Source: a virus
Length of the DNA: 64,000 nt
Virus record (IMG/VR): IMGVR_UViG_3300007735_000800
Location: 32,001-96,000 of that record
Direction: 5' to 3' (one strand)
Shown: in pieces, positions 9,954 to 19,193 of the stretch
Position numbering within the stretch: position 1 is the first letter of the stretch
Layout: each line of letters opens with the position of its first letter
The notes under the pieces: model-generated
Databases searched by the model: none
Told to the model about the DNA's origin: nothing
What the model saw: the letters and a program-made list of their open reading frames with translations, nothing else
Program-made: the position numbers and the translations under genes

Positions 9954-11360
9954 ATGAATTTTCAAGACAATACGCCATATGATATTTTAACAGAGAAGTG
10001 GAATCCCGTGCTCGATCACGGCGCTCTTCCAACTATCGCTGATGATTACCGTAAGAAGGTCACTGCTGTCCTTCTTGAAAACCAAGAGCAATCAATTCGT
10101 GCTCAACACCTAACAGAAGACATGAGCTCCAATAACTTGGGAATGCCATCAAGCTTCACCAACAATGGTAGCGTTGCTGGATATGATCCAGTACTCATTT
10201 CGTTGGTTCGTCGCGCTATGCCAAATTTGATGGCATACGACATCTGTGGTGTTCAGCCAATGACCGCCCCAACTGGCCTCATTTTCGCAATGCGTGCCAA
10301 CTATGGTGGTTTCAGCTATGGTGCTACAGCTGGTTATGCTGAAGCAATGTTCCAAGAAGCCCAACCAAACTACGGTGGTTCTGGTTATACTATAGGATTG
10401 GATTACCGTGGATTTACAGCAGGCTACGGTCTCTGTGGTTCTTGCGGTCCAACCTCCGGTAACCCAACTACTAATGGAATTAGATCCTATACCGCAGCAC
10501 AATTCAGTGCTTTCCGTGGCATGTTGACCTCAACAGGTGAAGCTCTTGGTTCACCAACAGTTTTCAATCAAATGGCTTTCTCAATTGACCGTGTTGCCGT
10601 ACAAGCTCGTACACGCGCTCTAAGCAGCAACTACACAATTGAATTAGCACAAGATTTGAAAGCCGTTCACGGTCTTGATGCTGAAGCCGAACTCGCCAAC
10701 CTACTCAGCACTGAAATTCTTGCTGAAATCAACCGCGAGATCGTCCGCACCATCTACTACGTTGCTCGTAAGGGTTCTGTCCAATCAGATTTGACTGTTA
10801 CAGGTGAATATGATTTGAATTCAGATTCTGATGGTCGTTGGTCAGCTGAAAGATTCCGTGGTCTCACTTTCCAAATTGAGCGTGAGTGCAACGCAATCTC
10901 CAAGGAAACCCGTCGTGGTAAGGGCAACTTCATCATCTGCGATAGCGATACCGCAGCTGCCCTCGCCATGTCTGGCTTCATGAGCCTAAGCCCAGGAATC
11001 GCTCCACAACTCAATGTTGATGATACCCAAGGAACTTTTGCTGGTATCCTAAGTGGAAAGATTCGTGTTTATATCGATCCTTACACCCCACTCGGTGTAA
11101 ACTTCTTCTGCGCCGGCTATAAGGGCGAGTCACCATATGATGCAGGTTTGTTCTACTGCCCATACGTTCCTCTCCAAATGGTTCGTGCAGTTGATCCAAA
11201 TACCTTCCAGCCAAGAATTGCCTTCAAGACCCGTTATGGTGTCGTAGCCAACCCTTACGTCCTAAACGGAACTGCTCCAGATGGCGAAGCTTTAACTCAA
11301 GGTATCAATCAATACTACCGCTTGACTCAAGTCAAGAACCTACACGGTATGACACTCTGA
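9954..11360 (+). CDS. gp23: Major capsid protein
   Basis: LVRRAMPNLMAYDICGVQPMTAPTGLIFAMR, ELAQDLKAVHGLDAEAELANLLSTEILAEINRE, FYCPYVPLQM and FKTRYG motifs. Confidence 0.98.
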   Translation: MNFQDNTPYDILTEKWNPVLDHGALPTIADDYRKKVTAVLLENQEQSIRAQHLTEDMSSNNLGMPSSFTNNGSVAGYDPVLISLVRRAMPNLMAYDICGVQPMTAPTGLIFAMRANYGGFSYGATAGYAEAMFQEAQPNYGGSGYTIGLDYRGFTAGYGLCGSCGPTSGNPTTNGIRSYTAAQFSAFRGMLTSTGEALGSPTVFNQMAFSIDRVAVQARTRALSSNYTIELAQDLKAVHGLDAEAELANLLSTEILAEINREIVRTIYYVARKGSVQSDLTVTGEYDLNSDSDGRWSAERFRGLTFQIERECNAISKETRRGKGNFIICDSDTAAALAMSGFMSLSPGIAPQLNVDDTQGTFAGILSGKIRVYIDPYTPLGVNFFCAGYKGESPYDAGLFYCPYVPLQMVRAVDPNTFQPRIAFKTRYGVVANPYVLNGTAPDGEALTQGINQYYRLTQVKNLHGMTL

Positions 11361-11383
11361 TAGTGTAAAATAAGTTAATAGAG

Positions 11384-11415
11384 AACCTCCCGAGAAATCG
11401 GGAGGTTTTTCTTTT
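11384..11415 (+). terminator. Rho-independent terminator after gp23
   Basis: AACCTCCCGA-GAAA-TCGGGAGGTT perfect 10-bp stem followed by a T-rich tract. Confidence 0.9.
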
Positions 11416-11417
11416 AG

Positions 11418-11425
11418 GATAAATA
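11418..11425 (+). promoter_or_regulatory. Late promoter variant (GATAAATA) upstream of gp3
   Basis: GATAAATA immediately after the terminator, 5 nt before the ATG. Confidence 0.6.
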
Positions 11426-11430
11426 TTTTT

Positions 11431-12021
11431 ATGGCAGAAAACATTTGTCAAGATAACGTAAATCCACTTTACAATAATTACTTTCAATTTGTAATTAATC
11501 GTGGAACACGGCGTCTTGAGTTTATGGTGCAGAAAGTAAACTTACCAGGAATAACCGTTCCAGATCAAAGGCAACCTACAATTTTTGGTACAACTGTTCC
11601 CGTACCAACATTAGTTGCAGATTTTGATCCTCTAAACATAGAGTTCATGGTAGATGCAGATATGGTAAATTGGTTATCCTTATATTCTTGGATAAAGAAT
11701 ATTACAAATATTCAAGATGCAACCACGGATAATTTAAATGAATATCAAAAATGGCATTGGACAGCTTCTTTAATAATACCAAGTCCAATTGTAAATAACA
11801 GTACAAACGATAGAGCAATAACAAAAACAAATCCACTTGTTGTAAATTTTACAAATATTATTCCAATCAAATTGTCTGGACTTATATTCAGATCAGACGC
11901 TCAAGATGCTCAACAATTGCAATCTTCATGTACCTTTAAGTATTCTTACTATACAATAGATAATAAACACAACCCACCGTCAAATTTGACAAACACAACA
12001 AGAACCCAACCTTACATATAA
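11431..12021 (+). CDS. gp3: Tail completion / tube terminator protein
   Basis: NYFQFVI, QKVNLPGITV, FDPLNIEFMVDADM.NW and CTFKYSYY motifs; follows gp23 as in marine T4-likes. Confidence 0.85.
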   Translation: MAENICQDNVNPLYNNYFQFVINRGTRRLEFMVQKVNLPGITVPDQRQPTIFGTTVPVPTLVADFDPLNIEFMVDADMVNWLSLYSWIKNITNIQDATTDNLNEYQKWHWTASLIIPSPIVNNSTNDRAITKTNPLVVNFTNIIPIKLSGLIFRSDAQDAQQLQSSCTFKYSYYTIDNKHNPPSNLTNTTRTQPYI

Positions 12022-12659
12022 TCTTCTGGATTGTCTGACCAAGCTTCTGCACTATTTGGGTTGGCCTGTGGATCGTATGGTAGTTTAGAGGACTCTCTTT
12101 TGCCTTTAGAGCGCTTCTTCTTCTTCTTTTGCTCTTCGGGCTTCGGTTTTATTTCTTCGTCTCTAAAGCCATCCTGGAGCTCTTCTTCTGTTATTATTTC
12201 TATGCCCTCGTAGGTTTCAATCAAGTCATTTACAAAATTTACAAATTCATCATTATTGAAAAGATTATTTAAAAGTTCCAATCCTGGTTGTACGTCTGTC
12301 AATTCTTCGCTGCCGGCAGATACCACAGATTTTGGATCACTTTGCATGGCAACAAAGAATATTTCGTACATTTTTTCCAGTTCTATATTTGGTTGACCTA
12401 TGTATATCACAGAAGATCGAAATATTGATATTTCGGATCCTTTAATATTTGCAAGGTAATTTGTTAATTTAACATAATCAAGAAGATTCCCATTTTGATC
12501 TTTTGATGTATATGTTTCCAACTTAGCTGGTAATTTTATTGTAATTTTATCAGGGCTTGATTCATTTACTAAACCAACTAGTTCTTCACCTGAAACTAAT
12601 TTTAAAACTCTCAGTATTCCTGAGATTGGATCTTCGGGAAGTGACTCGGACATCTGCAT
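12012..12659 (-). CDS. Conserved T4-like hypothetical protein (KLVSGEE, Sm-like), normally uvsW-linked
   Basis: LKLVSGEEL N-terminal motif; downstream of uvsW with an AGGGAGGA SD. True start may be 12653. Confidence 0.6.
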   Translation of the reverse strand: MQMSESLPEDPISGILRVLKLVSGEELVGLVNESSPDKITIKLPAKLETYTSKDQNGNLLDYVKLTNYLANIKGSEISIFRSSVIYIGQPNIELEKMYEIFFVAMQSDPKSVVSAGSEELTDVQPGLELLNNLFNNDEFVNFVNDLIETYEGIEIITEEELQDGFRDEEIKPKPEEQKKKKKRSKGKRESSKLPYDPQANPNSAEAWSDNPEDYM

Positions 12660-12674
12660 GTCCTCCCTTCCTTA

Positions 12675-14174
12675 TTATTTATCTTTTGGTAGCTCCATTG
12701 AGACTATCTTGTAGTCAAACTTTTCTTTTTTGTATATCTTTACACGCTCTTCAAAATGTTTGAGCACATGGTTTTTCTGTGACTTCCACGAAAGATCATC
12801 AACAATATCAAAAACCTTTAGAGTTTTTTTCTTTTCTGATACTCTAAGTCCTCTTCCTATGCTTTGCAGCAAACGAATTACCGATTTAGTAGGAGAGGCA
12901 AAAATAATATTATCAAGGTTGACAATGTTGATGCCAGCAGAAGTAGTACCAAAAGACGCAACCAAAATGGCATCTTTTTCACGATCCACGACTCTGCGGA
13001 TGTATTCTCTTGTCTCAGCTTCTGTCTTTCCAGATATAAAATATACTTTTCTATCGCATCCATCTGCCTGTATGAGATCCGCGAGTGGCTTTCCATGGAT
13101 CTCAACGTAGTTGAAGAGTATGAGTGTGTTTCCTTTTGTTTTGAGGGCAAGGTCTCTGATGAATTGATTTCTTTTTTCATTGGTTACAATCCACTTAATT
13201 TCATCTGGATACTTCTGCTTTTTTAGCAGTTGCTTCTCTTCCTCTGTATATTTAAGAATTATGCAATCTATACCAAGAGTTGCAAGCAACCCTTTTGTCA
13301 TAAGACCTTTGGTTTGTATGAACTGAACAGCTGGCCCTAAAATACCTTCTATGCTCAACCTATGTGCTTGTGTTTGTTGGAGGGTTCCGGTTGTGCCGAT
13401 CCTAAACCAAGCTTTTGATAATTTTTGTCCAATAAAATTTATTGATTCGGCCTTTGCTTGATGGCATTCATCAAAGAAAACTGCATCAAACTGTTGAAAC
13501 CATTCTTTAGGTAGCTTGTATATTGATTGCCAAGTTGAAACAACAATTTGTTTGTTGGTATCTTTATCTTCTCCAGCAAATATTTTATGTATGTATTTTT
13601 TACAAGACCAAGATTTGTCTTGAGAGCAATAATCAAAAAAATCAGATTCCATCTGATTTACCAATCCTACCGTGGGAACTAATATTAAAATTTTACGATC
13701 TGTACCGATAACCTTTTGCAGATATCGAACCAAGACGTATATTATCAAACTTTTTCCAGATCCTGTCGGAGATATTATAACCGATCTGTGATTGTTCAGG
13801 CCATGAAGTATTGCCTGTTCCTGGTGAACATGCATCTGCACATCTTTTTTTCGGACAGATACTTTCAGAGATTTGTAGAATTCCGAAAGTTCTTCCTTTG
13901 TTATGCATAAAGGGTTTTTTGTCTCTTTAATATTTATGGTGTATTTTCTATCTTCACAAAATTTTTGAAGATATGTTTTTAACCCTCTTGGGAGTGTGGA
14001 TGACAGAATATCATATAAACGAATCTTTCCATCCCACAGCCTACGTTTAAACATAGGCATATATTGCGCTCCGGGAACCATAAATGAAAAATAGTCCCTA
14101 AGTTCTTTCTTTAATGCTTGTTCTGTTTTGATGTAGTAGCGAACTTCATCAATAGATTCAACTTCAATATCCAC
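12675..14174 (-). CDS. uvsW: UvsW RNA-DNA/DNA-DNA helicase
   Basis: SPTGSGKS Walker A, DECH, GTTGTL, QSIGRGLR; N-terminal FSFMVPGAQYMP.F.RRLWDGKIRL. Confidence 0.96.
   Translation of the reverse strand: MDIEVESIDEVRYYIKTEQALKKELRDYFSFMVPGAQYMPMFKRRLWDGKIRLYDILSSTLPRGLKTYLQKFCEDRKYTINIKETKNPLCITKEELSEFYKSLKVSVRKKDVQMHVHQEQAILHGLNNHRSVIISPTGSGKSLIIYVLVRYLQKVIGTDRKILILVPTVGLVNQMESDFFDYCSQDKSWSCKKYIHKIFAGEDKDTNKQIVVSTWQSIYKLPKEWFQQFDAVFFDECHQAKAESINFIGQKLSKAWFRIGTTGTLQQTQAHRLSIEGILGPAVQFIQTKGLMTKGLLATLGIDCIILKYTEEEKQLLKKQKYPDEIKWIVTNEKRNQFIRDLALKTKGNTLILFNYVEIHGKPLADLIQADGCDRKVYFISGKTEAETREYIRRVVDREKDAILVASFGTTSAGINIVNLDNIIFASPTKSVIRLLQSIGRGLRVSEKKKTLKVFDIVDDLSWKSQKNHVLKHFEERVKIYKKEKFDYKIVSMELPKDK
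12676..12683 (-). promoter_or_regulatory. Late promoter variant (GATAAATA), minus strand
   Basis: TATTTATC on the plus strand, at the end of uvsW. Confidence 0.5.
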
Positions 14175-14178
14175 ATAA

Positions 14179-14186
14179 TATTTATG
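14179..14186 (-). promoter_or_regulatory. Late promoter (CATAAATA) upstream of uvsW
   Basis: TATTTATG on the plus strand, overlapping the uvsY stop codon. Confidence 0.55.
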
Positions 14187-14619
14187 ATATTCCGTTCATC
14201 ATTTTATTCCATTCGATGGCAGATTTAATCATAAAATTTCTGTTATTTAATGATTTAATAAACTCTTCAACCATCTTGAGTTTTACTTCAGTCACAGCCA
14301 ATTTTGATTTTAGTTCTATTACTTTTACATCTGCTTCAACAAATTGCTCAACATCGCTTTTTAGCAAAGTAAGATCCGAAGGCTCTTCCCCCCAGGCTTC
14401 CAATTCTTCTTTGGAGGCTTTACCGGTATAAATTTTCCATTTCCTCAATTTTAAAACAGCCAAGTCGTTTTGGTGTTTTGTCAAAAGTAATTTGACATCT
14501 GCAAGTATTGTTAAATACTTGGAGTGTATTTGAGGTATCTTAAGAGACTCTATACCTAACTCTGTAGAGTCTATTTGAGAGTCTTTAGTAATAAGTTCTT
14601 TAAGGTTATCTAGATTCAT
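14182..14619 (-). CDS. uvsY: UvsY recombination mediator
   Basis: DSQIDSTELGIESLKIPQIHSKY, LRKWKIYTGKA and NRNFMIKSAIEW motifs. Confidence 0.93.
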   Translation of the reverse strand: MNLDNLKELITKDSQIDSTELGIESLKIPQIHSKYLTILADVKLLLTKHQNDLAVLKLRKWKIYTGKASKEELEAWGEEPSDLTLLKSDVEQFVEADVKVIELKSKLAVTEVKLKMVEEFIKSLNNRNFMIKSAIEWNKMMNGIS

Positions 14620-14642
14620 CTTTAATACTCTTTTTTAGAGTT

Positions 14643-14670
14643 ATTCTAAAGTACCTTTAGATAAAGTCAA
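14643..14670 (-). promoter_or_regulatory. Sigma70-type promoter for uvsY (TTGACT-N16-TAGAAT)
   Basis: Read on the minus strand; divergent from the promoter at 14681. Confidence 0.65.
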
Positions 14671-14680
14671 ATAAATATTC

Positions 14681-14708
14681 TTGACAATTATATAAAGTAA
14701 TCTATAAT
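14681..14708 (+). promoter_or_regulatory. Sigma70-type promoter for the glycosylation island (TTGACA-N16-TATAAT)
   Basis: Consensus hexamers; GAGGA SD and ATG at 14726. Confidence 0.8.
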
Positions 14709-14725
14709 TTATTTGAGGACTATAC

Positions 14726-15361
14726 ATGCAGATCGACTTACGTGAAATTCCAGTTGTTTGGATAAATCTGGATTCGGCAAAAAAGAATGCTGAAACCATG
14801 GAAGAAAGATTTAAAAAGTTTGGATTTAAAAATACACATAGAAAATCCGGACTAATAATTCCACCTCCACCCAATACAGATAAAAGCATTGCTCATTTTA
14901 GGGGATGTGGACAATCACATATAGACATTTTAGATGATGAAAATTATTCAACACCACTTCTTGTTTTGGAGGATGATGTTGAGTTTATTGAAAATTTTAA
15001 TCCTGTAATAGATATACCAGAAGAATCTGATGGAATTTATCTTGGTGTATCAAGTGGAAATCTTTTTTACAAATCATGTAGGAAAGATCAAAATTACCTT
15101 CGAATAGCAGGAATATTGGCTGCACATGCCATATTGTATGTAACCCCTAGATTCAGAGCAGCGATGTCTGAAGCTGGTAAATATTGTTTATATGAAATAA
15201 ATCAACCATGGGATGTTGGAACTGCAGCTATACAAGTAAATTATAACGTGTATACACCCAATATACCACAAATATTTCAATGTGATGATAGAGAAAATGC
15301 CAATAAATGGCAAAGACTCACGGATAAACCTCTGGAAGATAGAAAGTTTATTTTTCCATGA
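14726..15361 (+). CDS. Glycosyltransferase, GT25-like
   Basis: WINLD start motif, GCGQSH and LVLEDD (DxD-like). Confidence 0.7.
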   Translation: MQIDLREIPVVWINLDSAKKNAETMEERFKKFGFKNTHRKSGLIIPPPPNTDKSIAHFRGCGQSHIDILDDENYSTPLLVLEDDVEFIENFNPVIDIPEESDGIYLGVSSGNLFYKSCRKDQNYLRIAGILAAHAILYVTPRFRAAMSEAGKYCLYEINQPWDVGTAAIQVNYNVYTPNIPQIFQCDDRENANKWQRLTDKPLEDRKFIFP

Positions 15362-16185
15362 TAACATTTAATTCACTGGGCAGATTCGGAAAACTTGGAA
15401 ACCAGATGTTTCAGTACGCAGCATTAATTGGTCTAGCAGAAAAAAATGGATATGAGTACGGAATTCCATATTCCAACAGGGAATGGGGAATTAGTGCATG
15501 GTATGATTGTAAATTATTTTTACCGGATTTATTTAACATTACTGCCAAAGACTCAAGCTCAATTGACAACAAACACAAATTTAGATATGATCAATTAATT
15601 TATAATGAGAAGTTTTTTTCATTGCCGGATAATATAGATATTTTAGGGTATTATCAAAGTGAAAAATATTTTACACACTGCAAAGATAAAATTTTAAAAG
15701 AGTTTTCTTTTAAAAATGATGATTTGGTAAACAAAACAAAAGAAGAATTTGATAACAAAAAATTTATAGGTCTTCACATTAGACGTGGTGATTATTTAAA
15801 AATACCGCACATACATAAAACATGTAATCAAGAATATTACATTAAATCAATAAATAAAATTTTAGATAATGTAAAAGATGAACATTTTTTATATGTTTTT
15901 AGTGATGACATAGAATGGTGTAAACACAATTTAAATTTTAATATTAAAACTTTTTTTGATGATTCTCCAGAATCTGAAGAAAAATACTATACAAACCAGG
16001 AAAAAACTTTAATAAAAATGAGTTTATGCAATCATTTTATTTGCGGTAATAGTTCTTTTAGTTGGTGGGGATCTTATCTTATCAAAAATTCAAATAAAAT
16101 TGTCTGCATGCCAAATCAATGGTTTGGAGAAGGTATAAAAGAATCTTGGTCTGACATTTATTATGATGGGGTTTCAATAATATGA
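15358..16185 (+). CDS. Alpha-1,2-fucosyl/colitosyltransferase, GT11
   Basis: GKLGNQMFQYA, GYYQSEKYF, LHIRRGDY, FSDDIEWCK and NSSFSWWG, the GT11 signature motifs. Confidence 0.9.
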   Translation: MITFNSLGRFGKLGNQMFQYAALIGLAEKNGYEYGIPYSNREWGISAWYDCKLFLPDLFNITAKDSSSIDNKHKFRYDQLIYNEKFFSLPDNIDILGYYQSEKYFTHCKDKILKEFSFKNDDLVNKTKEEFDNKKFIGLHIRRGDYLKIPHIHKTCNQEYYIKSINKILDNVKDEHFLYVFSDDIEWCKHNLNFNIKTFFDDSPESEEKYYTNQEKTLIKMSLCNHFICGNSSFSWWGSYLIKNSNKIVCMPNQWFGEGIKESWSDIYYDGVSII

Positions 16186-17003
16186 ATAAGCTTCACATCA
16201 TAACAGATGCATTTAACAACAGTTCTTGCTTAAATTATCTTCCAAAAACTTTTAAATGGGTATTCAATACATATCCTTCTGACAATGGTCCAGTTGTATA
16301 TTTTGATTCTTCAATATTTACTAAAATAAATGATGAATATTCTGGAACAAGATATGGTTGGTTAGGAGAATCTTCAGAAATTATTGCACCATTGATAATG
16401 GGAGTTACATCAAATAAAGATGTATTAAAATTAAGATATAAAAAAATTTTTACAAATGACAGAAGAATTGTCAGTATAGATCCAACTTTTTTTGTTTATA
16501 ATCCCCCAGCATCAAACATGCCGTGGGTAAAAGAAAGAGAAGTATTTACAAAAACAAAATTGTGTTCATACATCACAAGCTTCAAGCAATTCACGTCAGG
16601 TCACATTAAAAGAATGGAATTGTTTGAAAAATTAAAAGATAATCCAAAATTCAAAGATCATATATTTGGAAGAGATTATAGATTTATTGAAAACAAAATT
16701 GATGGGCTTAAGGATTATATGTTTTCTATAGTTGTAGAAAATAGTATCTATCCAAAGTATTATACAGAAAAAATTACTGATTGTTTTGCCACAGGAACAA
16801 TACCAATATATTATGGGGATGAGTCTATATGTGAAGATTTTGATAGATCTGGAATTATATTTTTAAATGAACTTGAATCATTTGATGATTTAAATGAAGA
16901 GTTATATAAAAATAAATTAAGTAGTGCAAAAAATAATTTAATAAAATTAAACTCCATGAAATCAGCTGATGATTACATTTACGAAAACATATTAAATGAT
17001 TAA
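16182..17003 (+). CDS. GT10-like (alpha-1,3/4-fucosyltransferase-like) glycosyltransferase
   Basis: YMFSIVVENS....YYTEKITDCFATGTIPIYYG matches the alpha-1,3-FucT motif. Confidence 0.75.
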   Translation: MNKLHIITDAFNNSSCLNYLPKTFKWVFNTYPSDNGPVVYFDSSIFTKINDEYSGTRYGWLGESSEIIAPLIMGVTSNKDVLKLRYKKIFTNDRRIVSIDPTFFVYNPPASNMPWVKEREVFTKTKLCSYITSFKQFTSGHIKRMELFEKLKDNPKFKDHIFGRDYRFIENKIDGLKDYMFSIVVENSIYPKYYTEKITDCFATGTIPIYYGDESICEDFDRSGIIFLNELESFDDLNEELYKNKLSSAKNNLIKLNSMKSADDYIYENILND

Positions 17004-17865
17004 ATTACATATATCAAATTTTTGGCCATCGTTTGATTACACTAATAATTTTTTTGTAGAATTATTTAAAGATATTTACACACAAGATATAATTTTTACA
17101 AATATCAACGATTGCAATTTATGTTTGATTGCGGATTGCAATATTCCACCAGAATTAGATAAAACAAAAACAAAAACCATTTGTTTTACCGGAGAACCAA
17201 AAAAAATAGATTTTTCTTTATGTGATTATTATCTTACTTTTGATCCCGATTCCGACAATAATATAAGACTGCCTTTATGGTATATTTACATTAATTTTTA
17301 TAATTTAAATAATCAAAAAAATCCTATTCCAGCAGTAAAACCAAGTGAGATTGACGATAATATCTGGCTAAATAAATTAAAAAATAATTTTTGTATAGCT
17401 CCTTTTTCTGTTGCTACTAAAGCTAGAATTGAATTTTATAATTTATTAAATTACTATAAACCAACATATGGATTTGGCCTACCTTTTGGTAACGGAGATC
17501 AAGATAGAAATGAATTAAAAAAATATGACGTAATTTCTAATTTTAAATTTTGCATGACTTTTGAAAATACTTGCAAACAGGGATATGTTACTGAAAAAAT
17601 TTTACAAGCTAAAACAGCCGGATGTATCCCAATATATTGGGGAGATGAATATGTTACAAAAGATTTTAATCCAAATAGTTTTATATATGTAAATAAATTT
17701 AAATCTTTTAATGAATGCTTAGAGTATGTAAAATACGTAGATAACAATTTTGAAGAATACAATAAATATTGTAAAGAACCATTATTTTTAAATGATATTG
17801 AAACAAATTTAAATATAATAAAAACAAAAATTAAAAATAAATTAGCCGATAAGATAGGAAAATAA
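16996..17865 (+). CDS. GT10 alpha-1,3/4-fucosyltransferase-like glycosyltransferase
   Basis: FKFCMTFENT..QGYVTEKILQAKTAGCIPIYWG and FNPNSFI motifs. Confidence 0.85.
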   Translation: MIKLHISNFWPSFDYTNNFFVELFKDIYTQDIIFTNINDCNLCLIADCNIPPELDKTKTKTICFTGEPKKIDFSLCDYYLTFDPDSDNNIRLPLWYIYINFYNLNNQKNPIPAVKPSEIDDNIWLNKLKNNFCIAPFSVATKARIEFYNLLNYYKPTYGFGLPFGNGDQDRNELKKYDVISNFKFCMTFENTCKQGYVTEKILQAKTAGCIPIYWGDEYVTKDFNPNSFIYVNKFKSFNECLEYVKYVDNNFEEYNKYCKEPLFLNDIETNLNIIKTKIKNKLADKIGK

Positions 17866-17870
17866 TTATT

Positions 17871-18401
17871 ATGGAACATTTTTATAAAAATTTGGGAGAA
17901 GATTGGTTTTCATATTCTGAATTATACAATAATATTGTAAAAACACACGGAAGTGGAAGTCATTTTGTTGAAGTTGGATCTTGGAAGGGGAGAAGTTCTG
18001 CTTATATGGCAGTAGAAATTAATAATTCTGGTAAAAATATTAAATTTGATTGTGTTGATATTTGGGAAAAATCAGAAGAATACAGTGAAGAAAATTTATA
18101 TGAACAGTTTTTAACAAATATTAAACCAGTAAAACATATTATAAATCCAATTAAAATGAAATCAGTGGATGCTTCTAAATTATATGAAGATAACAGTTTA
18201 GATTTTGTTTTTATTGATGCTTGTCATTTTTATGAATGTGTAAAAGAGGATTTAGAAGCTTGGTATCCAAAAGTAAAATTAAATGGAATTATTGCTGGTC
18301 ACGATTTTCATTCAGAAAATATTAGAAAAGCAGTAGAAGAACAATTTCCAGAATTTTATTTTAGTCAACAACAAAATATTTGGTTGAAAACAAAAAAATA
18401 A
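17871..18401 (+). CDS. Class I SAM-dependent methyltransferase (Methyltransf_24-like)
   Basis: VEVGSWKGRS, LDFVFIDA.H.YE.VKEDL.AW and GIIAGHD motifs. Confidence 0.88.
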   Translation: MEHFYKNLGEDWFSYSELYNNIVKTHGSGSHFVEVGSWKGRSSAYMAVEINNSGKNIKFDCVDIWEKSEEYSEENLYEQFLTNIKPVKHIINPIKMKSVDASKLYEDNSLDFVFIDACHFYECVKEDLEAWYPKVKLNGIIAGHDFHSENIRKAVEEQFPEFYFSQQQNIWLKTKK

Positions 18402-18421
18402 AAAATTATGTCTTAAATAAT

Positions 18422-19153
18422 ATGATTAAAACAAAAATTTTAAGTATACCAAATTCAAATAGAAAAGACGATATAAAAAAACAAATGGAAAAAAACCATA
18501 TTTGTTTTGATTTTTTTGATGCAATTACTCCAAAAGATTTTTATTTAACACAAGAAAAAAATATTACAAAAATAATATTAAAAGACTCAATATATTTTAT
18601 AAATTCTGAAGTTGTAAATCCAATTATAAAAAGAAATTACATGAGAGTTGGAGAGGTTGCATGTGCAATATCACATATTAAAATATGTGAAAACCTTTTA
18701 AATAATGAAGAAGATGATTATTATCTAGTATTAGAAGACGATACAGTATGTTTAAAAGATATTGAAAAACTTTATTTACTTAAAAATTACATTAAAAATA
18801 ATATTAATAAACAAGATTTAATCTATCTTTTAAATTATTCTCCATCTTTTCAACAAAGAAAACCCTGGTATTATGATTTATGTGAAAAAATAGAAGATCA
18901 TTTTTATGTTTTAAAAAACAATCCAAGTATCTTTTTAGAAGCAACTAATGCATTTATTATTAATAAAAATTTTTGTAAAAAATATTTAGAAATAGTGAAA
19001 AATATCGGACTGATTGGTCCAGCAGATAGCGCGTTAATACATATGTTTGCCAATAAACATATATCTGTTTCAATAACAGATTTAGATTATTTTTCTCCCA
19101 TATTTGAAAATAATCCAAGTTTTGTACATCAAACAGAAAAAATATCAATATAA
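18422..19153 (+). CDS. Glycosyltransferase, GT25 family
   Basis: FDFFDAI, GEVACAISH and YYLVLEDD motifs; ATG at 18422 is the likely start. Confidence 0.8.
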   Translation: MIKTKILSIPNSNRKDDIKKQMEKNHICFDFFDAITPKDFYLTQEKNITKIILKDSIYFINSEVVNPIIKRNYMRVGEVACAISHIKICENLLNNEEDDYYLVLEDDTVCLKDIEKLYLLKNYIKNNINKQDLIYLLNYSPSFQQRKPWYYDLCEKIEDHFYVLKNNPSIFLEATNAFIINKNFCKKYLEIVKNIGLIGPADSALIHMFANKHISVSITDLDYFSPIFENNPSFVHQTEKISI

Positions 19154-19193
19154 TATTTGATTTATTTAAAATATTATTAATAATTCATCTTCA

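Noticed and set aside
19140-19193. Possible promoter in the AT-rich gap before ORF 19194
   Set aside because: The sequence is almost all A/T, so hexamer matches are uninformative and no convincing pair was found.
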